DNA of 50,678 nt from Candidatus Nealsonbacteria bacterium (GCA_003560095.1 PWJI01000010.1:1-50678); one strand, 5' to 3'. Shown: positions 37,028 to 48,020, counted from the stretch's first letter. Program-made: numbers and translations. The notes: generated from the letters alone by a model not told the origin.

Positions 37028-38995
37028 CTATCTTAAAACACAACGAACATAATGAAAAGGAAAATTCTTTTCTTCAGAAGAGATATCCCCTGAGTAGAAA
37101 TTAAGCCTTTGTGCAGAAAAAGAATCAGACTCGGTAGAAGACCAATAATAGCCATTAATCGCATTATCATCCCACGAAGGCTTGCAAGGACCACTAGTCC
37201 CACCCCCTTGATTAATTAAACAATCTCTATAAAGATCATTTACTCTATTTATAGACGGCAAGGCCCAGTTTTGCTTTCCTCCATAACTTAGATTAGCACA
37301 TACAACTGCGGCACTAATTTCATCAGCACAATCACTATTTTTTATTAATTGTGTGTTGTTTCCATCATACATCTCAGAAGAAGCACCTACCTCTTCGCCA
37401 TAACAGCCCCATTCATATGCAGTAGAGCTTTCTGTTGTTGCAGGCAGTCGCAAAGTGGGTGTCCAGATATTAAGTTCCAAGTCACAATAAACCAAATCTC
37501 CCCCTATAAAAGAGCTTGTACTTTTATGCTCTTCTATTGTGCAAAATTCAGCAGGCTCTTCTGGGGGCGCGAAAGTAACTTCGGTGCAAATATTATTAAT
37601 ACACTCATACCCATCCCAGCAACCACCAAAATACCTGTCAACAAAACAAGTTTCAGTTTCTTCTGAAGAGCCTTCACATTCTTTTCCTCCATACTCCGGC
37701 TTAGGATTATTACATTCTCTGCTTCTAGATCTTTTTCCCTCCATTCTAATGCTTCCACAATCAAATGACCTTTCATCTACAACCTTGCACTCGCTCCAAG
37801 CACTCCAATTACTCCATCCACCATCTATCTTAATGGGTTCTTTTTGACACACATCTTCCTGCCAATAATATCCTGCTTCTATGCACCTTTCTTTAGAATC
37901 AATTTCTTCTAAAAAATCATCTTCCTCGTTTTCCTCTTCTTCCTTCTTCTTTTCTTCCTTTTCTTCCTTTTCTTCCTCAATGTATTGCTCTATTTCCTGA
38001 GAATCATCTTCTTGTTCTTTGAAAAAAATTTCCTCATAAGGATTTACTTCTGTCACATATGCTGCATCTTCTTCTTGAGAGTATTGAAAATTAAAATCAT
38101 TAAAAATAAAGAAATAAAGAAAAACTACTCCTACTCCAAAAATTCCTCCCATCAAAAGAAAAATTATTTTACTTTTTACAGTCAATTCCTCTCTTTTTTC
38201 ATCGTCATAAGAATTGTCTTTTGAAAAATCATTACCTCCTTTATTATTAGAAGAAATATCGGGGACTAATTCTTCTTTTTCTTCTTCTTTAGGAGAAGTG
38301 TTTTTTTCTTGAAGAGGTGGAGTAGTTTTCTCTTGTTCTATCTCCTCTTTACTGCTTTCGTAAGGCTTTTTTTTGAAAGATTTTATATCTTTCTTGTTTA
38401 CAGCAGAAAAAGATTGTTTAAAATTCAAAATTTTAAGAAGCTCTTCTTGTTTTTTGTCCTTAGGAGGTGGGGTGATTTTCTCTTGCTCTATCTCCTCTTT
38501 GCTACTTTCATAAGAATTATCTTCCAAAGAATCAGTGTCTTCTTTTTTGGAGGGAATATCGGAAGCTAATTCTTCTTTTTCTTCTTCTTTTTTTTCTTGA
38601 GCAGAAAGATTTTCTTCTGGATGACCTTTTTCCTGAAAAGATGAAGTGGCTTTCTCTTGCTCTATCTCCTCTTTGCTACTTTCATAATATTTATCTTCTA
38701 AAGAATCTGTAACTTTTTTGTCAGAAAGGGTGTCAAGGGCCAGTTCTTTATTCTTTTCTTCAGTAGAAAAATTTTCTTCTGGATAATCTTTTTCTTCTTT
38801 TTTTTCTTTTTTGTTTTGCCTAATTATTTCTCCTATAATTTGTTCCGGACTAAACCCCATCTCCTGAGCACGCTTAAAAGAACTTTCTCTTTCCGGCAAA
38901 TTTTCCCTAATTTCTTTCAAAAGAAGTTCGTCACTCTTGCCCTCCTCCTTTGCCTGTAAAATAAAATTTAATATATCTACTTTATTATTGCTCAT
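37028..38995 (-). CDS. Helical N-domain + repetitive acidic region + TM + Cys repeat + TSP1 + DUF1566-like CLec domain
   Basis: [14 protein letters not shown]...[37 protein letters not shown]; paralogue of 24959-27079. Confidence 0.8.
   Translation of the reverse strand: MSNNKVDILNFILQAKEEGKSDELLLKEIRENLPERESSFKRAQEMGFSPEQIIGEIIRQNKKEKKEEKDYPEENFSTEEKNKELALDTLSDKKVTDSLEDKYYESSKEEIEQEKATSSFQEKGHPEENLSAQEKKEEEKEELASDIPSKKEDTDSLEDNSYESSKEEIEQEKITPPPKDKKQEELLKILNFKQSFSAVNKKDIKSFKKKPYESSKEEIEQEKTTPPLQEKNTSPKEEEKEELVPDISSNNKGGNDFSKDNSYDDEKREELTVKSKIIFLLMGGIFGVGVVFLYFFIFNDFNFQYSQEEDAAYVTEVNPYEEIFFKEQEDDSQEIEQYIEEEKEEKEEKKKEEEENEEDDFLEEIDSKERCIEAGYYWQEDVCQKEPIKIDGGWSNWSAWSECKVVDERSFDCGSIRMEGKRSRSRECNNPKPEYGGKECEGSSEETETCFVDRYFGGCWDGYECINNICTEVTFAPPEEPAEFCTIEEHKSTSSFIGGDLVYCDLELNIWTPTLRLPATTESSTAYEWGCYGEEVGASSEMYDGNNTQLIKNSDCADEISAAVVCANLSYGGKQNWALPSINRVNDLYRDCLINQGGGTSGPCKPSWDDNAINGYYWSSTESDSFSAQRLNFYSGDISSEEKNFPFHYVRCVLR
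38325..38790 (-). repeat. Intragenic imperfect repeats ([12 protein letters not shown] x3)
   Basis: TTTCTCTTG(C/T)TCTATCTCCTCTTT recurs near 38326, 38478 and 38651; PEEN.S and EEKEEL motifs are also repeated. Confidence 0.8.
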
Positions 38996-39017
38996 AAAGA
39001 TTAAAGAATCTAAGAAG

Positions 39018-41906
39018 CTACAAAGATAAATTATCAAAAAATACTAGCTCTTGATCTATCCTTCTCTCCACCTTTTTTATGCTTTCTAAGACTTCCATTA
39101 AGCTACTCCTAATAACCTCATCGTGATCTATTATTGGAAGAATTCTTCCAATGGTATTTTTTAAATTTACTACTCTTTCTTTTTTAGAAAGTAAGCGCTC
39201 TTTTTCTTTTTTAAACCTTGAAAGTTGTTCTAATTTTTGCTCCTTTTTTTCTTTTATCCTTTGCTCTATGTTTTTTATTCTATTTTTAACATCTCCCATT
39301 TCTTCCTTTAAGAAAAATAATTCTTCAATATTCTGTTCTTCTATCTGTATTAAAAGATTATCAATCAATCCAAGCATATTATTTACCCTTTCCTCTTGTT
39401 TTGTTAATTCTTCCATCCTTTCTTGTGTTCTTTTAAGCTCAATACCTTCTCCTAAATCTCCGGAAAGCCTGAATACACCTACTATCTCCCGATTTTTTTC
39501 TACAACAAATGTATACTCTCGTGTTCCGCTTAGCATAAGTCCCTCTTCCTCCCATCCGTAAAAATAATATCCGCTTTCAGGTATTGCTTTTATAGTAACT
39601 TCCTCGCCCTTTCTGTAAGTACCTGCATTTTTCACTTCTCCTCCTTTGTTATTTGCAACAATTAATTTAATATCGTACCTGGTTGCTCCTCCTCCGCCTC
39701 CACCCCCACTGCTTCTTTGCTTTATTTCTTCCCACTTAGCATAAACAGTAATATTTTCAATAATAATGGTTGATGAAGTAAAAGTATCTCCTTCTCCATT
39801 TTCCTGAGTATTCCACTCAACAAAATTATATCCATCTCTTGATGCTGAAAGAAGAGAGCCCACCTCTTTTTCGGGATTTATTATTTTTGTTTGACTTGAT
39901 GGACTTCCTTCGTTTCCATCAAAGTTTACAGCATATTGCCACGAAAAAAACGGATACTTCTCGCCATCTATTATATTCCATTTAAAATTAATGTTTGTTT
40001 CTCCCGGATTAACATCCATTATATCCCAAGAACTTTCCAGTCCTTGTGTATCAGTATTGTTATAAGTTGATATCTCTTTCATTTCATTTGTTTCTTTACC
40101 GGTCCCTCCTCCCATGCTTATTTCTGTTTGACTAGATTGAATATCCCAAAAAGAATTTACTACATTGACAGAAAGATTTTCTGGATATCCCACAAAACCA
40201 CCTACATCACTTTCTCCGGTCACCTCACTTTTTGAGTATGATTTTGAAATATCTCCGGGAGAATTGGTATTGCCATTTTTTCCAACAAGACCACCGACTC
40301 TATTTTCTCCCTCAACTAATCCCCTAGAATGGCTATTTTCAATATCACCTCCTCTATTTAAACCAACAAGACCACCTATGCTTTCTAAACCCTTAACCGT
40401 AGCATCTGCATAAGAAGTTTTTACCAAATTTCTATTATCTCCAACAAGACCACCGACTCTATTTTCTCCCTCAGACGCTCCTTCAAAATAACTTTTTTCT
40501 ATTATTCCTCCATTATACCCAACAAGACCACCTACTCTGTTTGCCTCTCCTCCATCAACACTTCCTATTGCAAAAGAAAGATTTATTGTTCCTTCATTTG
40601 CTCCAATAAGACCACCTATCTCTCCCCCAGAGTCACTTATAACATTTCCTTTAAAAGAAGAGCTTTCAATTATTCCGTTAGCCACTCCCGCAAAACCCCC
40701 GCAAGAAGTAGAAACATCAAGTTCACAATAAACATATCCTTCTATTATATGAACATTATTAATTTCTCCTAAACCTAAATAACCAACAATCGATCCAACT
40801 CCAGCCCAGTCACCTGTTCCCGTAATATTGCTATCTTCAATATTAATGTTTTCTAAAGTGGCTTCTGATCCCAAATATCCAAATAAGCCTATATGATTAA
40901 AGCTATGGTTTGCCGCATTTCTGCTAATATATAAATTAGAAATAGTATATCCTTGCCCATCCAAGGAACCATCAAAAGAATTCCCCTCCTCTCCTATGGG
41001 TTTGAATCCTCTTCCATCATTCCAATTCTCCGTATCTAGGCAATCAATATCATTTACCAAAACATAGTCTTTTATTAAATTATCTTCCATTTCTTGCAAT
41101 TCTTGACAACTAGAAATATGTCTTATCCATTGAGCATAAACGTCAACATCTTCAGTAATAATAGACTCTGAGGTAAGCTCATCTCCTGTTCCGTCTTGCT
41201 GCTTATTCCATTCAATAAAAGTATGTCCATCTCTTGACACTGATGGAAGTGGCCCCATTTCTTGCCCATGCTCTACTCCGGCCATAGCCACTTTTTGGAA
41301 TTCACCTCCTTCGCTGGTATAAAAATTTACAGTGTATACATTTATCTCCCATTGAGCATAAACGGTAACGTCTTCTATGACATTAGTTTCTGTTGTAAAA
41401 GCGCTTCCTTCTCCGTTTTCCTGAGTATTCCATTCAAGGAAGGTGTGTCCTTCTCTTGTTACTGTGGGTAGTGGATCTATTGTGCTTCCGTACTCTACTG
41501 TTTCTGTTTGTGTTGCTGGAGTTCCTTCGTTGGCGTTGAAGGTTACAGTATATTCATTTATTTCCCACTGTGCATAAACGACAATATCTTCGGTAATAAT
41601 GGTTGATGAAGTAAAAACATCTCCCTCTCCGTTTTGCTGCGTATTCCATTCAATAAAAGTATGTCCATCTCTTAACACTGATGGAAGATCTCCCACCGAG
41701 CTACCTTCCTCTACTTCTTTTGTTTGAGTTGAAGGAGATCCTCCGTTTCCATCAAAATTTACCGTATACTTTTGCTCATGAGGAGTAATATTATTGTATG
41801 TTGATTGACCATCACCCTCACTGTGAAAATAATTCGCATCAACAAAAGCTCCTGCTCCTAAAAAAAAGATAAATATGTAGAATATTGCTATATATTTTTT
41901 CACCAT
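39018..41906 (-). CDS. Large secreted adhesin-like protein: InlB B-repeats + GLUG repeats + bacterial repeat domain + coiled coil
   Basis: Four YTV.F...R.G..F.EWN...G.G......T....VYA.W units; multiple VGGLVG GLUG motifs; GGGGGG linker. Confidence 0.85.
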   Translation of the reverse strand: MVKKYIAIFYIFIFFLGAGAFVDANYFHSEGDGQSTYNNITPHEQKYTVNFDGNGGSPSTQTKEVEEGSSVGDLPSVLRDGHTFIEWNTQQNGEGDVFTSSTIITEDIVVYAQWEINEYTVTFNANEGTPATQTETVEYGSTIDPLPTVTREGHTFLEWNTQENGEGSAFTTETNVIEDVTVYAQWEINVYTVNFYTSEGGEFQKVAMAGVEHGQEMGPLPSVSRDGHTFIEWNKQQDGTGDELTSESIITEDVDVYAQWIRHISSCQELQEMEDNLIKDYVLVNDIDCLDTENWNDGRGFKPIGEEGNSFDGSLDGQGYTISNLYISRNAANHSFNHIGLFGYLGSEATLENINIEDSNITGTGDWAGVGSIVGYLGLGEINNVHIIEGYVYCELDVSTSCGGFAGVANGIIESSSFKGNVISDSGGEIGGLIGANEGTINLSFAIGSVDGGEANRVGGLVGYNGGIIEKSYFEGASEGENRVGGLVGDNRNLVKTSYADATVKGLESIGGLVGLNRGGDIENSHSRGLVEGENRVGGLVGKNGNTNSPGDISKSYSKSEVTGESDVGGFVGYPENLSVNVVNSFWDIQSSQTEISMGGGTGKETNEMKEISTYNNTDTQGLESSWDIMDVNPGETNINFKWNIIDGEKYPFFSWQYAVNFDGNEGSPSSQTKIINPEKEVGSLLSASRDGYNFVEWNTQENGEGDTFTSSTIIIENITVYAKWEEIKQRSSGGGGGGGATRYDIKLIVANNKGGEVKNAGTYRKGEEVTIKAIPESGYYFYGWEEEGLMLSGTREYTFVVEKNREIVGVFRLSGDLGEGIELKRTQERMEELTKQEERVNNMLGLIDNLLIQIEEQNIEELFFLKEEMGDVKNRIKNIEQRIKEKKEQKLEQLSRFKKEKERLLSKKERVVNLKNTIGRILPIIDHDEVIRSSLMEVLESIKKVERRIDQELVFFDNLSL

Positions 41907-41946
41907 TATTAAATTTTTATAATTACCTTTCTATCTTTTTCAAATT

Positions 41947-42570
41947 TTAAACTTCAAAAAATCCCGAATTATCATATTTTCTTCCTTCATCGTGAGTCTT
42001 CATGCGCTCTGCATCTTCCGGATAATTCTCGATTAAGAATTCATAAAACTCTTCTATTTTTTCCTGCCCTGTTATCATTTTTTGATAATCAAGTTCTCTT
42101 TCACGATCAAGAGTAATCGATGTAAAATACTCTGTAACATTATCTAATTCTTCTATTAATCTTAGGTCATCTTCTGAGGGGATATCTGGAGAAAAACGCC
42201 CCCTCCCAAAAGTTCTGGTAGTAGCTTCCATAAAAGGGGTTAACCTTAGCTCAACAAAATCTTCCACCTTTTTTTCTTCTTCACTTTTTTCTCCATTTTC
42301 CTTTTCTGCGGAGTCTTCTTCATTTTCTTTTTTTTCACCTTCTTCTATGTCATTTTCACCGAAATCTATGTCATTATCCTCCACCTCTTCTTCTATCTTC
42401 TCTTCATCTTTTTCTTTGGATTTGTCAATTTCTTGATAGATATCTTCTCCCTCTTTAGGGTCATCCATTTTTTTAACTTCTTGACTATAGAAAAAGACAA
42501 TTATTCCAACTATTAATGCAACAAAAAAAACTACTAATATACCTAGCTTTGTTGATATCTTTTTTTTCAT
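41947..42570 (-). CDS. Membrane-anchored acidic hypothetical protein
   Basis: KKKIST N-terminal anchor and acidic linker. Confidence 0.65.
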   Translation of the reverse strand: MKKKISTKLGILVVFFVALIVGIIVFFYSQEVKKMDDPKEGEDIYQEIDKSKEKDEEKIEEEVEDNDIDFGENDIEEGEKKENEEDSAEKENGEKSEEEKKVEDFVELRLTPFMEATTRTFGRGRFSPDIPSEDDLRLIEELDNVTEYFTSITLDRERELDYQKMITGQEKIEEFYEFLIENYPEDAERMKTHDEGRKYDNSGFFEV

Positions 42571-42722
42571 AATTTTTAGTTAATTTACATTGTTTATTTA
42601 TACCACAAAAGAAAAAACCTACCAATATAAAAAAAGAATAATTGTATTACTGGTGCCCTCATATTGTCAAAATAAAAACCACCCCAATTAAATATTAGGG
42701 TGGCAAGTATTTTTTATTAATT

Positions 42723-43250
42723 TTATTCAACCAATTGACACTCTCCCTCTATGCACTTTGGCTCTGCAAAGCACGTCCAGTGATTGGATATCACTGTCAT
42801 GCATATGGTTTCTTCGGGATCACAATCATCTAACATCTTCTTTTCCCAATAATCCAAATACTTTTTATTTATAGCAATGGCGGTTCCGCCATGATTACAA
42901 TCGCAACAACCATCCGCAACGGAAATGCAATCACTGTCTGTATTACAATAATAAGGCATCTCTTTATTGGCAACTTCAATGTCTTTTTTTTCTTTACTCG
43001 TTGCTTCTTGTTTTTGAGAATCAAGACCATTTTCTTGACCCATTTCATCTGATTCAAGCACATCTCCTTCTTCCTTCTCCTCTTCTTTCTTTTCACTGTC
43101 TAGCGCCTCTTCCTTTTTGTCGTTAATATCTTCTTCAAACAAGCCCTGCTCTTTTTCTTCTTGGGCTATAAGTAAAACACTTGCTCCCGCTACTCCGGCA
43201 ACAAATAATATTATTAAAGCTCCTGTTATTGTGGGTATTTTCTTTTTCAT
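42723..43250 (-). CDS. Membrane-anchored protein with a Cys-rich C-terminal domain
   Basis: CNTDSDC...GCCDC...AIN...C...C...C...PKCIEGEC. Confidence 0.7.
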   Translation of the reverse strand: MKKKIPTITGALIILFVAGVAGASVLLIAQEEKEQGLFEEDINDKKEEALDSEKKEEEKEEGDVLESDEMGQENGLDSQKQEATSKEKKDIEVANKEMPYYCNTDSDCISVADGCCDCNHGGTAIAINKKYLDYWEKKMLDDCDPEETICMTVISNHWTCFAEPKCIEGECQLVE

Positions 43251-43253
43251 AAA

Positions 43254-45554
43254 TTATTTTATTAATTGAGACGGAATAAAGCAACGAACATTAAGTCTGT
43301 CATCTCTTTCGGTGGCTCCAACACTACTGGGATTAAAACCAACATACCAAGAAAACTCATTATCATAAATAGAAGATGTCCAATAATAAGAACCCATATT
43401 ATTATCCCAATTAAGAAAACAAGACGAGCAATCTTCGCAGGATCCCATTCCGTCTTGAGAAGACCAGCTACAAACAGAAGTTCCAAAAATATTTCTTAAT
43501 TGGTACCAGGTTGGCAACATCCATTGGCTTTGCCCTGCATAAGCTCCTCCAGGAGCTCTTCCTAAATCCCTACAATGATTAATAGCATCACCAAAATTAT
43601 GTAAATTTCTTGCGGTAGGCGACCAAAGATTGCCTTCATTATCACAATATACGGTATCTCCATTAATTGCTCCAACCGAGTTGTAATCAGATACAGAAGA
43701 GCAAAAATCTTCAACAGGTAAAGGCGCTGGCTCTGGAGGTTTTTCTCTTGTCTTACACTTCACGCTATCAAGTTTTTCAGATGCTGGAAAAGATCCATCT
43801 CTTAAATAAAATTCGTATTCTGTTCCGGGTGATAGTCCTCTTACAGTATAAGATCCTTCTTGGTGTCCTGTAAAGATACCTGTAATTCTTTCTGAAAATT
43901 TAAAAATCCATTTCCTTGAATTACCCTCCGTTTGATAAGCTAAAGTAATCTCATTTTCAGTAGTTTCAGCGCAAGAAATCGATCCTTGTATAATTTCTTC
44001 TGGTGGTGTTGGTTTTGGAGGTTCTTCTGCCTCCTCTTCCCATTCAAAATAAAGATCGGCTCTTCTCATATCCCATGTACTAGCATTCTCAAACCCTTCC
44101 TTTCCTGAGCCGAAAAATACAGGGATCATCTCTTCATTTACAACATGTCCTCTTTCATCTCCCAATATTCCAGGATTATGATTAACTAAGTCTTTATTTC
44201 CAGGCTCAGGCCATCCTTCTGGTGGCCTCATTCTGCCTATAATATTAAAGTCTCTATCAAGAAGACGAAACATGATGCTACCTTGGCCAGTATCAGCTAC
44301 AAGGATAAACTTATCACGTTCTGGCAAGTATTTTACATCTACCGATGAAAAAATATCGTCACTACCTTCTTTTTCTGAAGAAACGGACTCTCCATCATTT
44401 AAAGGAGTAAATGTTATTCCTCCATCAGTGGACTCAGAAACATAAGTTCCCCACGGAAAACCATCCTCTGGAGATATGGCATACGAGTAAAAATGAATAA
44501 ACCTGTTCTCCATAAAAATAACCGAAGACTGGCCAATGCCATAATGCATTTGTTGATGCTCCTTTGGAAGAGAAATAACCGGGTTTCTGTTATTAGCATG
44601 ATTCCAGTTAATTCCATCTTTTGAAGTAGCTAAAAATATTTGATTGTCTCCATGTGAGTAGCCTTCATCTTCCCAAAACCTTGGGTGCTCTGATGTAAAG
44701 AAAAGGTAATAATAGTTATTGCTTGCCTTAACAACGGAAGGATCACAAGCCCAATGACCTTGCTCTCCACCATAAATAGCCTGAAGAACAATCTTTGGGT
44801 CACTCCAATTCATTCCGTCCGAAGATTCTGCATAAAAAATTGAATCTCCATCTCCCTCATCTTTTGCACACCACCACATACGATAAAGTCCATCATCTAG
44901 CATAATCGATGGAGCGTAGTTATAACTTTCGTCATCTGTAATAACATAACCTCTGTCAATTATTTTTCCGAAAGGATCGTCTTTCTCTTTATCGGTTTTC
45001 ATGTCTTTGCTCTCTATTCTTTTTTTTATCTCTTTAATAGTGACATTAACTTCTTCTATCATTTCCAGCATCTTTGAACTTATTCTTACCTCGCTTCCTT
45101 TTAAAATGCTATTTAGTTTCATTCTTGTATAACTTCCCACAAAACCATTAGGAGAATCCATTCCTACAGGATCAAGAACTTCACTTTCATATTTTTCTTG
45201 AAATCTTTTTACAGCATCTTTGGTTGCAGGTCCAAAGTAATCGGTTTCGTTTCCGGACGAGCCATGTCCGCTCTGGGCTACTCTTGTTTGAGGGTCTTTG
45301 TTTAATACTTTTTGTAGTTCTCTTACGTCACTATCTCTCATTCCTAAGTAGAGGTTCTTTTGAAAAGTAAATTCTGCAGGTATTTCTGCAGAAAAAGACA
45401 TTTTGGTAACTCTTGTTAAGTTGCTAACCGTCTTTTCTATTTGCCTTAGTCTTTTCTCCAAATCCTCAGCTTCTCCATAAGCAGATAAAACTGAAAAAGT
45501 AAAGAGAAAAATAATGATTGATAAAACAAAAACAATTTTTTTTAAAATACTCAT
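43254..45554 (-). CDS. Secreted PG-binding + five-bladed beta-propeller glycosidase-like + FN3 + DUF1566-like protein
   Basis: DVRELQKVLN...YFGPATKDAVKRFQ; YAPS/CDPSVV/S.DG.NW propeller motifs; GLSPGTEYEF; WMLP, YYWTSS, NVRC. Confidence 0.8.
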   Translation of the reverse strand: MSILKKIVFVLSIIIFLFTFSVLSAYGEAEDLEKRLRQIEKTVSNLTRVTKMSFSAEIPAEFTFQKNLYLGMRDSDVRELQKVLNKDPQTRVAQSGHGSSGNETDYFGPATKDAVKRFQEKYESEVLDPVGMDSPNGFVGSYTRMKLNSILKGSEVRISSKMLEMIEEVNVTIKEIKKRIESKDMKTDKEKDDPFGKIIDRGYVITDDESYNYAPSIMLDDGLYRMWWCAKDEGDGDSIFYAESSDGMNWSDPKIVLQAIYGGEQGHWACDPSVVKASNNYYYLFFTSEHPRFWEDEGYSHGDNQIFLATSKDGINWNHANNRNPVISLPKEHQQMHYGIGQSSVIFMENRFIHFYSYAISPEDGFPWGTYVSESTDGGITFTPLNDGESVSSEKEGSDDIFSSVDVKYLPERDKFILVADTGQGSIMFRLLDRDFNIIGRMRPPEGWPEPGNKDLVNHNPGILGDERGHVVNEEMIPVFFGSGKEGFENASTWDMRRADLYFEWEEEAEEPPKPTPPEEIIQGSISCAETTENEITLAYQTEGNSRKWIFKFSERITGIFTGHQEGSYTVRGLSPGTEYEFYLRDGSFPASEKLDSVKCKTREKPPEPAPLPVEDFCSSVSDYNSVGAINGDTVYCDNEGNLWSPTARNLHNFGDAINHCRDLGRAPGGAYAGQSQWMLPTWYQLRNIFGTSVCSWSSQDGMGSCEDCSSCFLNWDNNMGSYYWTSSIYDNEFSWYVGFNPSSVGATERDDRLNVRCFIPSQLIK

Positions 45555-45691
45555 GTTTAATTTGATAAGTTATTTTGTATTACTTGATTATACTAAAAAA
45601 TATTGAAAAAACAATTTTCAAGTTAATATTTTTCTTGCCTCGTTTATCTATGAATCTTTCTTTGCCTTGAATAAATTCACCTCCTTCTTTA

Positions 45692-46285
45692 CTACAAACT
45701 CCTAAGAAAAAATAATTTTCTTAACCCATTTATAAAGTCTTCTGCTTCTTTAGTGGCTATACTCAAGTCCTCATCCTCCGGAAAAACATTTATGTTCAAA
45801 GAGGCTTGAACTGGGATAACTTCGTTAATTTCTATATTACTGCCTATTTCCTCAAAGAGAGAAGTATCTATTTTTACAGTTCCTGAAAATTCAAATTCCT
45901 CATTAATTTGAATTTCGGTATCAATAGGAACATCTACAACCACCCTCCCTATAGCAGGAACATCAATTGGAATAGATAAATCTTCTTTTATTCTTACATT
46001 TTTATTTATAGGAACAGTTGTATCATAGGAAACTTCACTGGGGATAATTTTTTCAGCATCAAATAAATCCTCCAATGAAACAGAAAGATTAACTGGAACA
46101 TCTTCTTCTATCTCTACGCCAACCTCTATCCCTTGACTGCTTAATTCTTCTATTTTGAGATTAGTTTCTCTTGTAAAATCATCTACCCTCGCTCTGATTG
46201 AAAGATATCCAAAAATAACAAATAGAGACAAAAAAATAACTAATAATTGCACTCCTTTTTCCAAAATATAAGTTTTCTTTTCCAT
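45692..46285 (-). CDS. Hypothetical membrane-anchored beta-rich protein
   Basis: N-terminal TM; repeated VPI.. beta motifs. Confidence 0.6.
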   Translation of the reverse strand: MEKKTYILEKGVQLLVIFLSLFVIFGYLSIRARVDDFTRETNLKIEELSSQGIEVGVEIEEDVPVNLSVSLEDLFDAEKIIPSEVSYDTTVPINKNVRIKEDLSIPIDVPAIGRVVVDVPIDTEIQINEEFEFSGTVKIDTSLFEEIGSNIEINEVIPVQASLNINVFPEDEDLSIATKEAEDFINGLRKLFFLRSL

Positions 46286-46390
46286 AAATATATTTATCTT
46301 TCCGCTTTTTTAATATTAAAAAAATTTAAGTAATTGATTGAGCAATAATCTTTTATTTTTTTCGCTCTTTTCTTCTTTTACTAAAATAAT

Positions 46391-47179
46391 TTAATTTTTA
46401 TTCTCTTTTTTAAGTGAAATCAAAAGTTGTGCTATTAAAAGGAAGACAATACAAGAAAGGGTTGTAAAAATTACAATTGGATAATTCCCTGCAAAGCCAG
46501 ACAAGGAGGTGTGTTTAAGCCATATTCCAAAATAAGTCCAAACAAAAACAATTCCATAAAGAATATTTTTATCTTTAAACATTCGAAAAACGCCAATAAA
46601 TGCTCCTATTACAAGAATTATTGTTGTCCATATTTCTTCTCTTATTCCAAATCCATCCCATTTAATGCTTACAAGAAAAGCTGTTATATTGGCAATTGTT
46701 GCTACCATAATCCATCCAAGATAAATGCTAAAGGGAAGAAGAATAAAAAATTTATCTTTCCTCTCTGGAAGATTTTCTTCTTTTAAGATGTTGGCAATTT
46801 TAATTAATGAAAAAAGAAGAACCAGCATTAAAACAACAGAAAAACCTGCTAAAGTATGGTGCCACGCAAAAATCCAAAAAATATTGGCAATTGAACTAAT
46901 AATAAAATAAGGATTTATCTTCTGAAAAAGTTTTTCTCTCCTTTCTTCTACCTTTTTTTGGAAAAAGCCTAGCTGATAAAAAACATAACCAAAAAGAAGA
47001 AGATAAATCACACCCCAAATAGAAAATATTATTCCTGCCGGAGTAAAAAGATTGGGATAGAGCTCAGAAATTTCTCCCGTACTCAAATTGTTTATAGGAA
47101 GAGCATTGGCTAAAAAGTTAACTACCACCACGAAAAAATAGAAAATAAAAGCAACCCAATTGGTAAAATTTTTTTTCAT
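46391..47179 (-). CDS. TspO/MBR-related tryptophan-rich membrane protein
   Basis: VNFLANALP, LFTPAG..FSIWG.IY, NIFWIFAWH, PFSIYLGWI.VA.IAN. Confidence 0.75.
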   Translation of the reverse strand: MKKNFTNWVAFIFYFFVVVVNFLANALPINNLSTGEISELYPNLFTPAGIIFSIWGVIYLLLFGYVFYQLGFFQKKVEERREKLFQKINPYFIISSIANIFWIFAWHHTLAGFSVVLMLVLLFSLIKIANILKEENLPERKDKFFILLPFSIYLGWIMVATIANITAFLVSIKWDGFGIREEIWTTIILVIGAFIGVFRMFKDKNILYGIVFVWTYFGIWLKHTSLSGFAGNYPIVIFTTLSCIVFLLIAQLLISLKKENKN

Positions 47180-47357
47180 AATTTAATTTATTAAGAAAAT
47201 TATTTGTTATGAAATAATTTTTCTATAATTCTATACAAAAATAAATAACTCTCTTTTAAGGACAAATGTCGCTCTCTATATAATACCAAGGATAAAAACA
47301 ATTAAATGTGCTACATTCACCTGTGAATATATTTTCTGCATAAAAAACTTCGCAACA

Positions 47358-48020
47358 CTAATCCCCCTCTCCTCCATGAACAAATTCCATTTTCTCATTA
47401 TTAAGATATATTATAGCGTCATCAATCCAGTCATATTGCAGAGCGGCAAAAATCAAAACCGCTTCAGTTCTTGGAGGTTCGCATGTTCCAATAGTCGCAT
47501 ATTCTCCACTAAGATAAATTCTTGCTTTATTTCCGTCTAAAACAACTTCATTAAACTCTAATGGCTCAACAATAATGGTCTTTTTTTCAGTTTCAATAGA
47601 TCTTTCTTTAATGTGATAAGAGAGAGGATTACTATAGTCTGTTCCTTCAACTATTTCATCTCCTTTGAAAAGCTCTAAGTATATTGCCTCAAGTGGCTTA
47701 TTTGTCGGCTCTATTTCTTTTTCTATGTAATATACTTTGTCACCGCAGCCAATAAAATCTCCTTTTTCCCTTGCTTCTTCCATAGCCTGAGTATCATCAT
47801 AATCAACATCCTCTGCAGGCTCCCCAATAACGGGAACCATTATGGTATCAACAAAAATATCTTCTTTATCTTCTTTTTCTGATTCAACGTCTTTTTCCAC
47901 TGTATCTTCTTTCTTCACCTCCCTTTCTTCTTGAGCTAAAAACAAAACACTAGCTCCCGCCACTCCGGCAACAGATAAAATTATTAAAATTGCTAATAAA
48001 GTTGATATTTGTTTATTCAT
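47358..48020 (-). CDS. Membrane-anchored GerMN-like domain protein
   Basis: IGCGD, ARIYLSGE....G.C..PR.......ALQY..I....IYLN. Confidence 0.55.
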   Translation of the reverse strand: MNKQISTLLAILIILSVAGVAGASVLFLAQEEREVKKEDTVEKDVESEKEDKEDIFVDTIMVPVIGEPAEDVDYDDTQAMEEAREKGDFIGCGDKVYYIEKEIEPTNKPLEAIYLELFKGDEIVEGTDYSNPLSYHIKERSIETEKKTIIVEPLEFNEVVLDGNKARIYLSGEYATIGTCEPPRTEAVLIFAALQYDWIDDAIIYLNNEKMEFVHGGEGD

